Below are positions 37,258-46,170 of a stretch of 64,000 bases of DNA, in pieces. The stretch lies in the sequence record PP438435.1, one strand, 5' to 3'. The first letter of the stretch is position 1; each line of letters opens with the position of its first letter. Position numbers and translations under genes: made by a program. Under the pieces are notes generated by a model, which worked only from the letters and a program-made list of their open reading frames with translations, ran no database searches and was not told where the DNA came from.

Positions 37258-37860
37258 ATGCCCGGCATCTTAGGCCCCGGCCGCACCCCCTCCATCGCTG
37301 ACACTCCTCCCTTGTTCGTTGCGTTCCGGTTTCATCCGAGCGAGCTGGAACACCGCATGGCCAGGGCTGTGGGGATTGAGGGCGTCGGCCCGCTGTTCGC
37401 GGTAATGCCGTGGCGCGACGCCGCGAGTCATCACGTTCGCAGCGCGCGCCTGCTTCGCGACGGCATCGCTTCCGAGATGCGCCTGCCGGTCTCGGGCTAC
37501 GTTGACGCCGATGCGGAAGACACCACGGGACACCTGCACATGACCCTGCGCGCGGTCGCGCCGGGCGCCGTCGACGTGAGCCTGACCGCACCCACCTCCG
37601 AACGGGACTTTGCGGGAGCCACCGGCACGATCAGTTATGAAAGCGATCGCCACGATGGAGACGCTTTGCTGAAGGCACTTCAGGCGATTCAAGCATCCGC
37701 CCGCCATACGACTGCTCCCCTCCTGATACTGACAGGAACGCCGTGGCCGCACGACCTGGCCCAGGACGTGCTCGCACGCGCGCAGGAGACGCACCCATCG
37801 ATCGTGCTGATCAGCGAGACACAGGCAGAGCGAAGGGCAAGCCCAGGAATGCAGCCATGA
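37258..37860 (+). CDS. Hypothetical protein (tail ...RASPGMQP)
   Basis: AAGGA RBS. Confidence 0.7.
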   Translation: MPGILGPGRTPSIADTPPLFVAFRFHPSELEHRMARAVGIEGVGPLFAVMPWRDAASHHVRSARLLRDGIASEMRLPVSGYVDADAEDTTGHLHMTLRAVAPGAVDVSLTAPTSERDFAGATGTISYESDRHDGDALLKALQAIQASARHTTAPLLILTGTPWPHDLAQDVLARAQETHPSIVLISETQAERRASPGMQP

Positions 37861-38336
37861 TCGGCGCACCGGCACCGCCATTCCGCCACTTTCTGGTGAC
37901 CTTCGAGGTCCAGATCCCGTCGCACCGCCGCCACCACAGCGCGGACACGTACCAATGCGTGCTTGCCGCGGCAACCGCGACAGCGCAGACCCTCCTCGCG
38001 GATGAGGACGCTTCGGGAGACGCCGCGTGCTGTCCCTGTGCCGTCCGGGTCAGTGCTCCGTCCGAACGCGGCGATGCCGACTGGAGCGATTGGCCACGGC
38101 CTTTGCATGACCACGGTCTGATCTGGACGATCGTGCAGACCACCGGCATCCCTGGCGCCCTGCAGGAAGCCGCCAAGGACATCGTCGATCCGCACACTCG
38201 GGTTTGGGAGGTGCTCCTGTCCGAGGATACGATCGTGGCCGACGGTTCGGGGCCTGAAATGCTTCTGCGCGAGCGCGAAGCACACGCGAGCACCCTTTCG
38301 GCGCAGCCGGCGTCGTGCGCTGGCCCGACCCTGTAA
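37857..38336 (+). CDS. Hypothetical protein (tail ...AGPTL)
   Basis: ATGA coupled at 37857. Confidence 0.65.
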   Translation: MIGAPAPPFRHFLVTFEVQIPSHRRHHSADTYQCVLAAATATAQTLLADEDASGDAACCPCAVRVSAPSERGDADWSDWPRPLHDHGLIWTIVQTTGIPGALQEAAKDIVDPHTRVWEVLLSEDTIVADGSGPEMLLREREAHASTLSAQPASCAGPTL

Positions 38337-38362
38337 CCCCTGCCCTACCGAGGCCAGACGCA

Positions 38363-39394
38363 ATGCAAAGTCTCGTACTGATGACGCACATTTCCGCCAC
38401 AGACGCAGCGACGCCGCAGGACGCGGCCAACCGCGCAATGGCCCGGCTTTTCCACACCACGTTCTTAGCATCGCCGTTCGCGATCGAGCCCCTCCTGGAG
38501 GCTGTCTACGGCGCGCTGACCAGCGCTGACGGCTTTGCCTGGGTCACAGGGGTCATTCACGAGCCGTGGGAGGCGCCGCGCATCGCTCCTTGGGCCTTGA
38601 CATCGGAGCGCTCGCGACCGGGGTTGCCTACGCTCCCCTCGGGGATCATGCCGTCGAATGCCTGGCGCATCGAGGCGCGCGTCCACCTGCCGAAGCAAAC
38701 ATTCGAGACCGTGGACGCTCACCGCGACGCATTGGCCGAAGCCTTCGCCAACTGGCGGTCGAGCCCAACGCGGCCCATCTCCGTACACACCCAGAATGCA
38801 CGGTGGGATTGTGTCGGCCGGCTGAACAACGACCACATGGTGGACGAAATGCTGGCATGCCGCACGCACGCTGGTCCTTGTGCGTCTGCGCTGCGAGGGA
38901 GCCTGCTCTCTGGCCTTTGCCGTCGCTACGACACGCCCAACGTCTTCGGTTGGGAACAGATCGCACGCATCTGCGCAGCGCTCAAGCACTGCGAAGACCG
39001 CATTTTGCGGACGCGCGATCTGGAGCTCGTTCTCTGGAATGCGCTTCCCCGTCCACTGACGGACGCCGTGCTAACCGCCTTCGCTCTACCCCTCGACACG
39101 CCGCTGCGCGTCGACGACCGCTCCGTACACCCCAGCGGCTACGCGGTCCCGAGTGTCCTGACAAGCTGCTTCTCAGCTCTCTCTTTTGCCCTAACGAACG
39201 CCTACGTACCGCATTGCGGGATGTTCGGCAGCGCCACATTTGCTCAGGCTGAGGCCGACAACTACTTTCGCCTTGCTGAGGGTCTTGCAACACATCCGAA
39301 CCAGTTTGTTAAGGCTGTCTGTGAAGCATGGGAGTCCCTTGGCATCGACCTCAATCCGCCGTCTACCCATCGCATGGAAGGGCTGATGCCATGA
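38363..39394 (+). CDS. Hypothetical protein (tail ...MEGLMP)
   Basis: GAGG RBS; ATGA coupled to the next gene. Confidence 0.65.
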   Translation: MQSLVLMTHISATDAATPQDAANRAMARLFHTTFLASPFAIEPLLEAVYGALTSADGFAWVTGVIHEPWEAPRIAPWALTSERSRPGLPTLPSGIMPSNAWRIEARVHLPKQTFETVDAHRDALAEAFANWRSSPTRPISVHTQNARWDCVGRLNNDHMVDEMLACRTHAGPCASALRGSLLSGLCRRYDTPNVFGWEQIARICAALKHCEDRILRTRDLELVLWNALPRPLTDAVLTAFALPLDTPLRVDDRSVHPSGYAVPSVLTSCFSALSFALTNAYVPHCGMFGSATFAQAEADNYFRLAEGLATHPNQFVKAVCEAWESLGIDLNPPSTHRMEGLMP

Positions 39395-40506
39395 TCCTCC
39401 CCAAACTCCACGACTCGCTGATCGAGCGTCGCGAACGCGTCGAGCAACTCGCAGAAACGCTGCAGCCATTCTTGCGCACCGGGCACGCTGGCCTCTTGCT
39501 TGCGCGCATCACACCGAAGTGCGTGGGCATCTACATAGCGCCACGCGACGAAATCATCGAGCACGCTTCGCTGCACGACAACAGTCCCGTCTACGACACG
39601 GATGCGGAGTTCGCAGAAGCCATTGTCGATCGAATCGAACGGCTGGCCGCACCCGGCGTCGACGGCCTGGCTTCGATCGACTCTCGCGCGTGGGCACTGG
39701 TCGAAGTCCTGCGCGAACACCGGGCGCGGCTGGACCTGGTGGTGCTCTACCCGGACAGCTCCGCCTGCGAGATCCTGCCCAGCAGCAACCCCGCCGACCG
39801 AGCGGACTTCCTCGCGAACCGACCGGGTGCGATCGACCTCACTGCGATGCCGCTGAAGGACGCGGTCGCGCGCATCCAGCAGCACCGAGCTGCGTTTGGC
39901 GACGGCTTGGGCGGTGCGGCCCCTCGCACGCTCTCCGGCGCGCTGCCGCGCGACACCTACAGGGTGCTGGCCACGCGCGCAGACGGCACCGATGGCGACC
40001 AAGACCTGACCTGCGGCGTCAGTACCGTGGAGCTCGACTGCCGCGCACCCCTGGAGGATCGCTACAGCGCCGTGCTCGACGTCTTCCACAGCAAGGTGGC
40101 GATCGCTGAGCTCGATGACTGGCAGTTCGCCGTTCTGGCGCCTGATGGCGGGAACGCACCCCAAGGCACTGCCTACGAGCCGGAGCACGGCGCCTACGAG
40201 GGCGCTGGAATCCTGGAGCTCGGCGGCGACCCCTACGCCCTCGGAAATGCTGGCCGAGTCGAAGTGACGACCAGCAGCGCGATGCTGACGATAAGCAGTG
40301 CCCGTACTGCTGGCGTCGCGCTCATCCGGATCAGCGCGAGCGAGATCATCGAAGCCCGCGGCGACGGCATCGCCGCCACCCTCACGCGCCATCCCGGCAG
40401 CGTGCGTCTCGATGACGCTTATCCCTACGCAGCAGCGGAAGCGCTAGCTGACGCGAGAGAGGTTTACGACCGCTCGCAATCGCGCTTCAGCACACCCACG
40501 CCCTGA
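39391..40506 (+). CDS. Multidomain hypothetical protein (tail ...STPTP)
   Basis: ATGA coupled. Confidence 0.7.
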   Translation: MILPKLHDSLIERRERVEQLAETLQPFLRTGHAGLLLARITPKCVGIYIAPRDEIIEHASLHDNSPVYDTDAEFAEAIVDRIERLAAPGVDGLASIDSRAWALVEVLREHRARLDLVVLYPDSSACEILPSSNPADRADFLANRPGAIDLTAMPLKDAVARIQQHRAAFGDGLGGAAPRTLSGALPRDTYRVLATRADGTDGDQDLTCGVSTVELDCRAPLEDRYSAVLDVFHSKVAIAELDDWQFAVLAPDGGNAPQGTAYEPEHGAYEGAGILELGGDPYALGNAGRVEVTTSSAMLTISSARTAGVALIRISASEIIEARGDGIAATLTRHPGSVRLDDAYPYAAAEALADAREVYDRSQSRFSTPTP

Positions 40507-40537
40507 CACCCAAACCCACATCGCTCAAGGATGAGCC

Positions 40538-40918
40538 ATGAACAGCACAACCCGCCCCGCCAAGCCTGAAGCGCACCTGCTGACCTTCGAGGCCTGGGTC
40601 GATGCCAAATGGGACGCGCTCTCGAACCACTACCGACAGCGCTACACAGAGACGTTTGGCGAAGCCGAAGCGCGGTTCGCAGCCGCCTCGAATGGCGGCG
40701 ACCAGCGGTTCGCCGTGATCGTCTACCACCACCGCGTGCTGACCGCCCCGCGCGAAGCCAGCGTGCCGCTGGAGGTCTACGACAGCTGGCCCGAAGCGGT
40801 CGCGCACGATGCCGAGCGGCACTTCTTCGATCTCCGCGATCGCCTGGACGAGCGCCTGTATGCGCACGCCCAGCGCTCCACCCAGGCACGCAACGCTGAA
40901 GCGACGCCCGGGTTCTGA
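40538..40918 (+). CDS. Hypothetical protein, LTFEAWVD domain (tail ...ATPGF)
   Basis: AAGGA RBS; paralog of the N-terminus of the next gene. Confidence 0.75.
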   Translation: MNSTTRPAKPEAHLLTFEAWVDAKWDALSNHYRQRYTETFGEAEARFAAASNGGDQRFAVIVYHHRVLTAPREASVPLEVYDSWPEAVAHDAERHFFDLRDRLDERLYAHAQRSTQARNAEATPGF

Positions 40919-40948
40919 TTCACCCTGCCCTTCGCTCAAGGACGAGCC

Positions 40949-41953
40949 ATGGACATCCCCCTGCTGACCCCTGATGCGCCGCCTGATCAGCCCATCCATC
41001 GCCTCACTTTCGAGGCATGGGTAGATGCCTGTTGGACGGCAAACCGATACCGAGACGCCTACATCGAAGACTTCGGTCTCGAAGATGCGCGCTACGCGGC
41101 CGTCAGCGCCGGCGGCACGCTCCAAGACGCTCGCGATCGCTATCACCGGCAGCTCTTCCAGCAGCCGCATGACACGCGCCTCGCGCTCTCGGTCTACGAC
41201 GAACTGGCGCCTGACCTTCAGACTCTGGCACTGGAGCACTTCGCGCCGCTCGTGGACGATCTGCGATGGCGCGATGCTGTGGAGCAAGCGATCGCAGACG
41301 GCTGCAAGCTGTGGACGCGCCGCGCGACGCTACGCTCGATCGCACGCCCTCAGCCGGTCATCCTCTACCGCTCAGCGTCCGAGGCCGACTTCCCGCCCGG
41401 CAGCAGCGCCTCGCTGCCCTTTCGGCGCGAGGGTGGCGCGCACAATGCCCGCGCCAGCGGCCGCGTCATCGGGCGCGATGGTCAGACCTGGCTGGAAGCG
41501 CGGTATCCCGGCAGTGCCTGCACCGACACCGATCGCTTCCTCATCGCTGCGCCCTACGCCGTGCTCGCGCCCGGCGGCCGCCCCGAGCGACCTGCACACA
41601 GCGCCGTCGAAGCGCTCTGCGTCCACGATTTCTTCGAGGTCGATGAGCGGCCGCACAGCGTCTACTACGTCACGGCGCGCCAGCAGGCAGGCGGCAGCGC
41701 GCTCCTGCTGGGCCCATTCGCCACGCATCTGGAGGCGCTCGCGCAGACAGCGGTAGCCAGCGCCTACGTCGAGCAGAAAGCTCGCACTTCACCGCACATC
41801 GCTGTCTCGATCGGCACCGGCCGCCTCGATTGCGACCTGGCGCCTGCGCCGCAAGGGCGCCTCAATGCGGCACTACTGGAAGGCGAACAGCTCGCCCGTA
41901 TGGCGCTGCTGCTCGGCACTCAGTCACTGGGGCCCAGCGCGGCGAGCGCTTAA
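40949..41953 (+). CDS. Multidomain hypothetical protein with an N-terminal LTFEAWVD domain
   Basis: AAGGA RBS, nearly identical to that of the previous gene. Confidence 0.75.
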   Translation: MDIPLLTPDAPPDQPIHRLTFEAWVDACWTANRYRDAYIEDFGLEDARYAAVSAGGTLQDARDRYHRQLFQQPHDTRLALSVYDELAPDLQTLALEHFAPLVDDLRWRDAVEQAIADGCKLWTRRATLRSIARPQPVILYRSASEADFPPGSSASLPFRREGGAHNARASGRVIGRDGQTWLEARYPGSACTDTDRFLIAAPYAVLAPGGRPERPAHSAVEALCVHDFFEVDERPHSVYYVTARQQAGGSALLLGPFATHLEALAQTAVASAYVEQKARTSPHIAVSIGTGRLDCDLAPAPQGRLNAALLEGEQLARMALLLGTQSLGPSAASA

Positions 41954-41969
41954 CACGGCGTTCGGTGCG

Positions 41970-42554
41970 CTACGAGCTTCGAGAGCAGCTCGCATAGAAG
42001 CCCAGGCCGCTTTGTGGCCCGGGGGCGTCCATGGCGCGTAGGGCATGGCTCACCTGTGCGTAACACTGCTGCATCCGCGTCTCCAGCAGCGCGCGCTCGA
42101 CCGCTACACGCGCCCGCTCCAGCTCCAGCTCGCGACCCATCAGCTGCGCGGCAGGCCACGGTAGCACCGCCGATTCGCGGCGCGCGGCCGCGGCCAGAGC
42201 CGCGTCTACACGCTCACGCAACGTCGGCAGTGCTTCGGGAGGCACGCACCCATCGGCAACGTCGGCTGCAATGGCGGTCGCCGACCAGGCGACGCCTCGC
42301 AAGCTCTGTGCGAGATCGAGATAGAGGCGCGTTTGCTGGGAGCGGAACTCACATGGCGCGAACAACGCGCCTTCGGCAGCTCTCGCATTGACAGAGGCAG
42401 CAGTGGCTTGCCACAGCTGCACATCCTGGGCCCACTGCACTCGCAGCGACCGCGATCCCATCGCGAACGTCAGACCCCAGACGCTCAGTGCGAACGCCAG
42501 CCCCAACAGCAGCCAGCCTGCCCGCCGTGAGCGCTGCGCATTCGGGTCGTTCAC
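41970..42554 (-). CDS. Membrane-anchored periplasmic protein
   Basis: Single N-terminal TM helix; GTGA coupled to the upstream gene. Confidence 0.65.
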   Translation of the reverse strand: MNDPNAQRSRRAGWLLLGLAFALSVWGLTFAMGSRSLRVQWAQDVQLWQATAASVNARAAEGALFAPCEFRSQQTRLYLDLAQSLRGVAWSATAIAADVADGCVPPEALPTLRERVDAALAAAARRESAVLPWPAAQLMGRELELERARVAVERALLETRMQQCYAQVSHALRAMDAPGPQSGLGFYASCSRSS

Positions 42555-42922
42555 CGGACCTTCCGCGCCTTGGGGCCGAGGCGGGTGTCGCGCAGCAGGA
42601 CGACGCCTTCGCTCAGCGCTTGCAGCCGATTCTCGACCACCCCCGCCTCCTTCAGTTCACGCCAGGCTTCGCACGCCTCGGGCGGAAGCATCCCGTTCAG
42701 GCGCTCATAGCCCTGGTCAACCAGCAAGGCGCGACGCGCCTCGACGGCGGCGCTCATCTTGGTCAAGCCGGTCTTGGGGTCGATCTCGGATCGTTCCGAG
42801 TCCTTGGGCCACAGCGGAACCTTCTTCTTCGGCGCAGGCTTCCTCGGCGCTCCCGCAGCCTTCTCGGCTATGGGAGATTCCTTTCGCCGCACCTTGCTTG
42901 CGCTCTTCTTTGCCGTGGCCAT
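42551..42922 (-). CDS. Lys-rich putative ribbon-helix-helix DNA-binding protein
   Basis: Basic N-terminal arm, then RLNGML-PPEACEAWRELKEAG-NRLQALSEGVVLL (beta-alpha-alpha pattern). Confidence 0.5.
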   Translation of the reverse strand: MATAKKSASKVRRKESPIAEKAAGAPRKPAPKKKVPLWPKDSERSEIDPKTGLTKMSAAVEARRALLVDQGYERLNGMLPPEACEAWRELKEAGVVENRLQALSEGVVLLRDTRLGPKARKVR

Positions 42923-42960
42923 CCGCGCCTCAGGGAAACCGGGTCGCTCTATCATCGCAC

Positions 42961-42972
42961 CTAGCCGCCTAG
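42961..42972. promoter_or_regulatory. CTAG palindrome variant upstream of the RHH-like gene
   Basis: CTAGCCGCCTAG (one mismatch), plus a half-site CTAGCGG at 42991. Confidence 0.5.
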
Positions 42973-42990
42973 GGCTGCAAGCCGGCGCAC

Positions 42991-43587
42991 CTAGCGGCTG
43001 AACGGGGTCGGGAAGTGTCCCGCGGCCTCGACGGCTCGCACACAGGCAACAGCAGATTCCAGATTCCCGTGCGCGGCCTGTGTATTCCCAATGTAGGCGA
43101 CGAGAGCTTCCTCGCCCCGTCTCGACAAAGCCTCGGATGAGACCAGCCCCGCAGCAGCGAGTGCAGCGATGTCCTGCCGATCATTCTCGGCGTAGCGCGC
43201 CACCTTACTGAGCGCAAGATCAACCGGCGCAAGCACCCGTACCCGGAAGTAACGCAGCCCTAGCGGAACCTCCACAGCATCCCGCTGATAGTCCTCGTGC
43301 AATAGCGAGAACATCGGATTGTAATTGGTGTCGAAATACATCCCGAGCGGTAGATCAGAACCGTCGTCGACGCTCACCGAAAGCCCGGCAGGCAACAGCA
43401 CCCGGCATCCGAACTCTGCGTCCACATCCGCGGTGACGCGGACACCGGTGTAGAGGTGCACGGCCATACCGCCGGCCACATACACATCCACAGGTTGTGA
43501 CAGCCCCAAGGCGCGCTCTGCTTGCCTGAAAAGCTCATCGAGACCCCGGCCAAACGGAGTCTGCAGGTAGAACTCGAACGTGTTCAT
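42991..43587 (-). CDS. DUF6036-family nucleotidyltransferase
   Basis: VYVAGGMAVHLY...TADVD, DLALSKVAR, DRQDI; ATGA coupled; lower GC. Confidence 0.8.
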   Translation of the reverse strand: MNTFEFYLQTPFGRGLDELFRQAERALGLSQPVDVYVAGGMAVHLYTGVRVTADVDAEFGCRVLLPAGLSVSVDDGSDLPLGMYFDTNYNPMFSLLHEDYQRDAVEVPLGLRYFRVRVLAPVDLALSKVARYAENDRQDIAALAAAGLVSSEALSRRGEEALVAYIGNTQAAHGNLESAVACVRAVEAAGHFPTPFSR

Positions 43588-43880
43588 GCAACCTCCAGGG
43601 CGCGCTCCAGAGCCGCCCGAAAACGGGCCAGGCCCAAGATCCATCCACGTCGCTCCACATCCGCGCCGCTCATCCCATCGAGAGCGTGCTCACGCAGATA
43701 CCGCGCCGCCGTCTGCCGCAACGCAGCGGCTTCGCGGGCATGGGATCGCCCCACCAAGTCCGCGGCCACCCGAAACACCTGCGCATGGCGCTCGTCTGGC
43801 GCCGCCACCAGTGCGCCACGCGCTGCCAGCACGCAGCGTGCAATCAGGTCGGCCTCGATCCCGCGAGCATCCACCATCAC
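43584..43880 (-). CDS. Small helical protein, putative partner of the DUF6036 enzyme
   Basis: Coupled on both sides (GTGA upstream, ATGA downstream). Confidence 0.6.
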   Translation of the reverse strand: MMVDARGIEADLIARCVLAARGALVAAPDERHAQVFRVAADLVGRSHAREAAALRQTAARYLREHALDGMSGADVERRGWILGLARFRAALERALEVA

Positions 43881-44488
43881 CCGAACCCCAGGACCGGCGG
43901 GGGCGGCACCGTGGGCACGCGTGTCCGCAGCTGCTCGCAGCCCAGCGCATCGATGACGGCCTCGCACGCCTCAACGACCTCGACCAGGAACTCGCGCGGG
44001 GCGTCGACAGGCGTGGGACCGGCGTCTTCACACGCCTCCGGCGCCCCCACAGCCTCCGCGATGATGGCCTCAAGCGGGTGTGCGGCGGGATCGCCCAGAA
44101 GGTGCTCGAACGGCGCCAGCGCCAATTGAAATGCGCGCGGGGCAGCAGGGCCGAACTGCGTAATGAGGCGCGCTTCGAGCCACGGCATTAAGCGCGACAG
44201 AGGCGCCATCGGCGCGTCGCCCTGTGCCATGGCCAGAACACGATCCATGCGCGCCTGCGGCGACGCCAGATAGCGCACGGCTTCGTCGGGGAGGGCCTGC
44301 AAGGCCCGCCGCGCCAGCTCTTGCCGGGCAATCAGCGCCCAATCGGTCTCCACGGCGAACGCTGGATCGAATCCGTCCATGCCTGCTGTGCGTGCATGGC
44401 GCTCGAAGAACGCCTTCAGTGCATGTGCGACCGTCACCTCGATCGCATGCGTCGACGGCGGGGGACTGTTGGGCTTGAAGATGTGCAT
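43877..44488 (-). CDS. Hypothetical protein (tail ...PVLGFG)
   Basis: AAGGA RBS. Confidence 0.7.
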   Translation of the reverse strand: MHIFKPNSPPPSTHAIEVTVAHALKAFFERHARTAGMDGFDPAFAVETDWALIARQELARRALQALPDEAVRYLASPQARMDRVLAMAQGDAPMAPLSRLMPWLEARLITQFGPAAPRAFQLALAPFEHLLGDPAAHPLEAIIAEAVGAPEACEDAGPTPVDAPREFLVEVVEACEAVIDALGCEQLRTRVPTVPPPPVLGFG

Positions 44489-44502
44489 GGTCGGTCCTTG
44501 AC

Positions 44503-45141
44503 TCAGGGGAAGGCGAACCCTGCCAAGCGCGCAGCCAAGGGGCGCGGCTGAGGCTCCGGCTCGACGGTTTGCGGCTCCACAACGAGTATGGGCTTGCCCA
44601 GCAGCCGCGCATCTGGAATGGGTGGCGGCAGCACCGGTCTGGCGTGACCGTGTGCATGGATCTCGGCCCGCACCTGCATCAGCAGGCGACCCAAGACGTT
44701 GCGTCCGACGAGGGTGTTACCGGGGCCAGGACCCGCCCCCCAGAAATCGTCGCGCATCGAAAACTCCACGATGGGCCGATCACTCGATTCGAGCAGCGCA
44801 GCCACGAACGTATCCGGATGCTGCTGCGCCTTCAGGCGCAGCAGCCAGCGCATGCAGTGCACACGCGCGGTCTCCCAGTCAGCACGCGTCAGCGCAAGCG
44901 CTGAATGCGCGACCTCCTTCGCGGCCATGCCGTTCAGCGCCATCGCGATCCGCGACTGCAAGGCAGGATGCGTTGGCAAACGGCATGCCTGATAGAGCGC
45001 TTCCGACGATCGCCAAGGCGTGCCGTCGACGACCAGGGGCATGCCGGCTGCCATGTTGCTGAACACCCCGAACGCCTCGCGCGTCTTGCAGAACACCGCG
45101 CAGGCATCCCGTTCATAGCGGCGCATCTCGGGGATCTTCAT
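44503..45141 (-). CDS. NADAR (YbiA-like) ADP-ribose/N-glycosidase family protein
   Basis: FSN, SEALYQA, LKAQQH, IVE-x-S-x-x-DDFWG, GRNVLGRLLMQVR. Confidence 0.9.
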   Translation of the reverse strand: MKIPEMRRYERDACAVFCKTREAFGVFSNMAAGMPLVVDGTPWRSSEALYQACRLPTHPALQSRIAMALNGMAAKEVAHSALALTRADWETARVHCMRWLLRLKAQQHPDTFVAALLESSDRPIVEFSMRDDFWGAGPGPGNTLVGRNVLGRLLMQVRAEIHAHGHARPVLPPPIPDARLLGKPILVVEPQTVEPEPQPRPLAARLAGFAFP

Positions 45142-45148
45142 TGCCGTG

Positions 45149-45586
45149 CTACATCCCCATCGAGGGCCTTGATGCCGGCGCCCGCTCCAGCACCCACTCC
45201 GAATCCTCTCCGCTGGGCAGATCGACTTCCCGAGCGACTACAGCCTTGCCCACATAGGTCGGCGCGGCCGCGGGGAACAACTCGATCAGCCGATCTGCTG
45301 CGCGCACATCCCATCGGTCGATCCGCCGGAGGCCTTCGGCCAGCGCCCGCTCGCAGAAATCAACCAACACGGCCTCGCCGACGCTCCAGCCCCGGCCAGC
45401 GTGCGCTCGCGCCTCCACAGCGATGTCCGGGGTCACACGCGACAGCGCCTCCAGAATCCCCGCGGCAGCGTCGGATGCGTTGATCGTTCCTAACGCCGGC
45501 CCGCCGAAGCGCGGATCCAAGGTCCTGATGGCCTCCGTGAACTCTGCCGCTGCTCGCTCCTTGATACGCTCCCACTTGATGGACAT
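45149..45586 (-). CDS. Hypothetical protein (tail ...RPSMGM)
   Basis: GAGG RBS. Confidence 0.7.
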   Translation of the reverse strand: MSIKWERIKERAAAEFTEAIRTLDPRFGGPALGTINASDAAAGILEALSRVTPDIAVEARAHAGRGWSVGEAVLVDFCERALAEGLRRIDRWDVRAADRLIELFPAAAPTYVGKAVVAREVDLPSGEDSEWVLERAPASRPSMGM

Positions 45587-45603
45587 CTCGCCTCTCCTCG
45601 TGG

Positions 45604-45837
45604 TCAGTTGACGTCGCTCGTCTCGGCGACACCGCTGCGCGCGGCAGAGGCTTCCTCAGCGATGCGCATCTCGATGACCTTCGTCAAGCGGTCACAGCGC
45701 GACATGCTGTTCTCGTAGGCATCCGTCGGAATGGCCTCATGTAGAAACGCCGAGTGCATCCTTGCCATCTCCGCGAAGACGCGGAGCATCGGCGTCGTGT
45801 AGCGCTGAACCAATGGATAGCTGCGCGAAGATTGCAT
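45604..45837 (-). CDS. Small hypothetical protein
   Basis: Fills the gap in the operon; 77 aa. Confidence 0.5.
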   Translation of the reverse strand: MQSSRSYPLVQRYTTPMLRVFAEMARMHSAFLHEAIPTDAYENSMSRCDRLTKVIEMRIAEEASAARSGVAETSDVN

Positions 45838-45843
45838 GGTTGA

Positions 45844-46167
45844 TCACCGAAAGCCGAAAGATGGACACGCTGCGGTTGGCGGGCTCGGATCAACCCGCTC
45901 AACCGGTGGTGCGTGGGTGGGAATGGCGACGCGCTCTCCGCTCCGCAACCGCAAGCACGGCACCGCCGCCATGGCGTCGTAAGCAAGCTCGATGCCATCG
46001 ACGTCCTCGCAGGCGCGCGCAGCGCGCGCCAAAGCGCTCTCGACCCGCACGATCCATGCGTCTTCAACAGCGCACGCGCCGCCTTCGAGTTGTCGCCTCA
46101 GCAACAGCACGTGCTCAGTTGCGAGGCTGTGCAGCTCGGGCCGGGCCAAGAGCTCATGGCATCGCAT
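45844..46167 (-). CDS. Hypothetical protein (tail ...PSFGFR)
   Basis: ATG lies 3 nt after the hipA stop. Confidence 0.6.
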   Translation of the reverse strand: MRCHELLARPELHSLATEHVLLLRRQLEGGACAVEDAWIVRVESALARAARACEDVDGIELAYDAMAAVPCLRLRSGERVAIPTHAPPVERVDPSPPTAACPSFGFR

Positions 46168-46170
46168 GGC

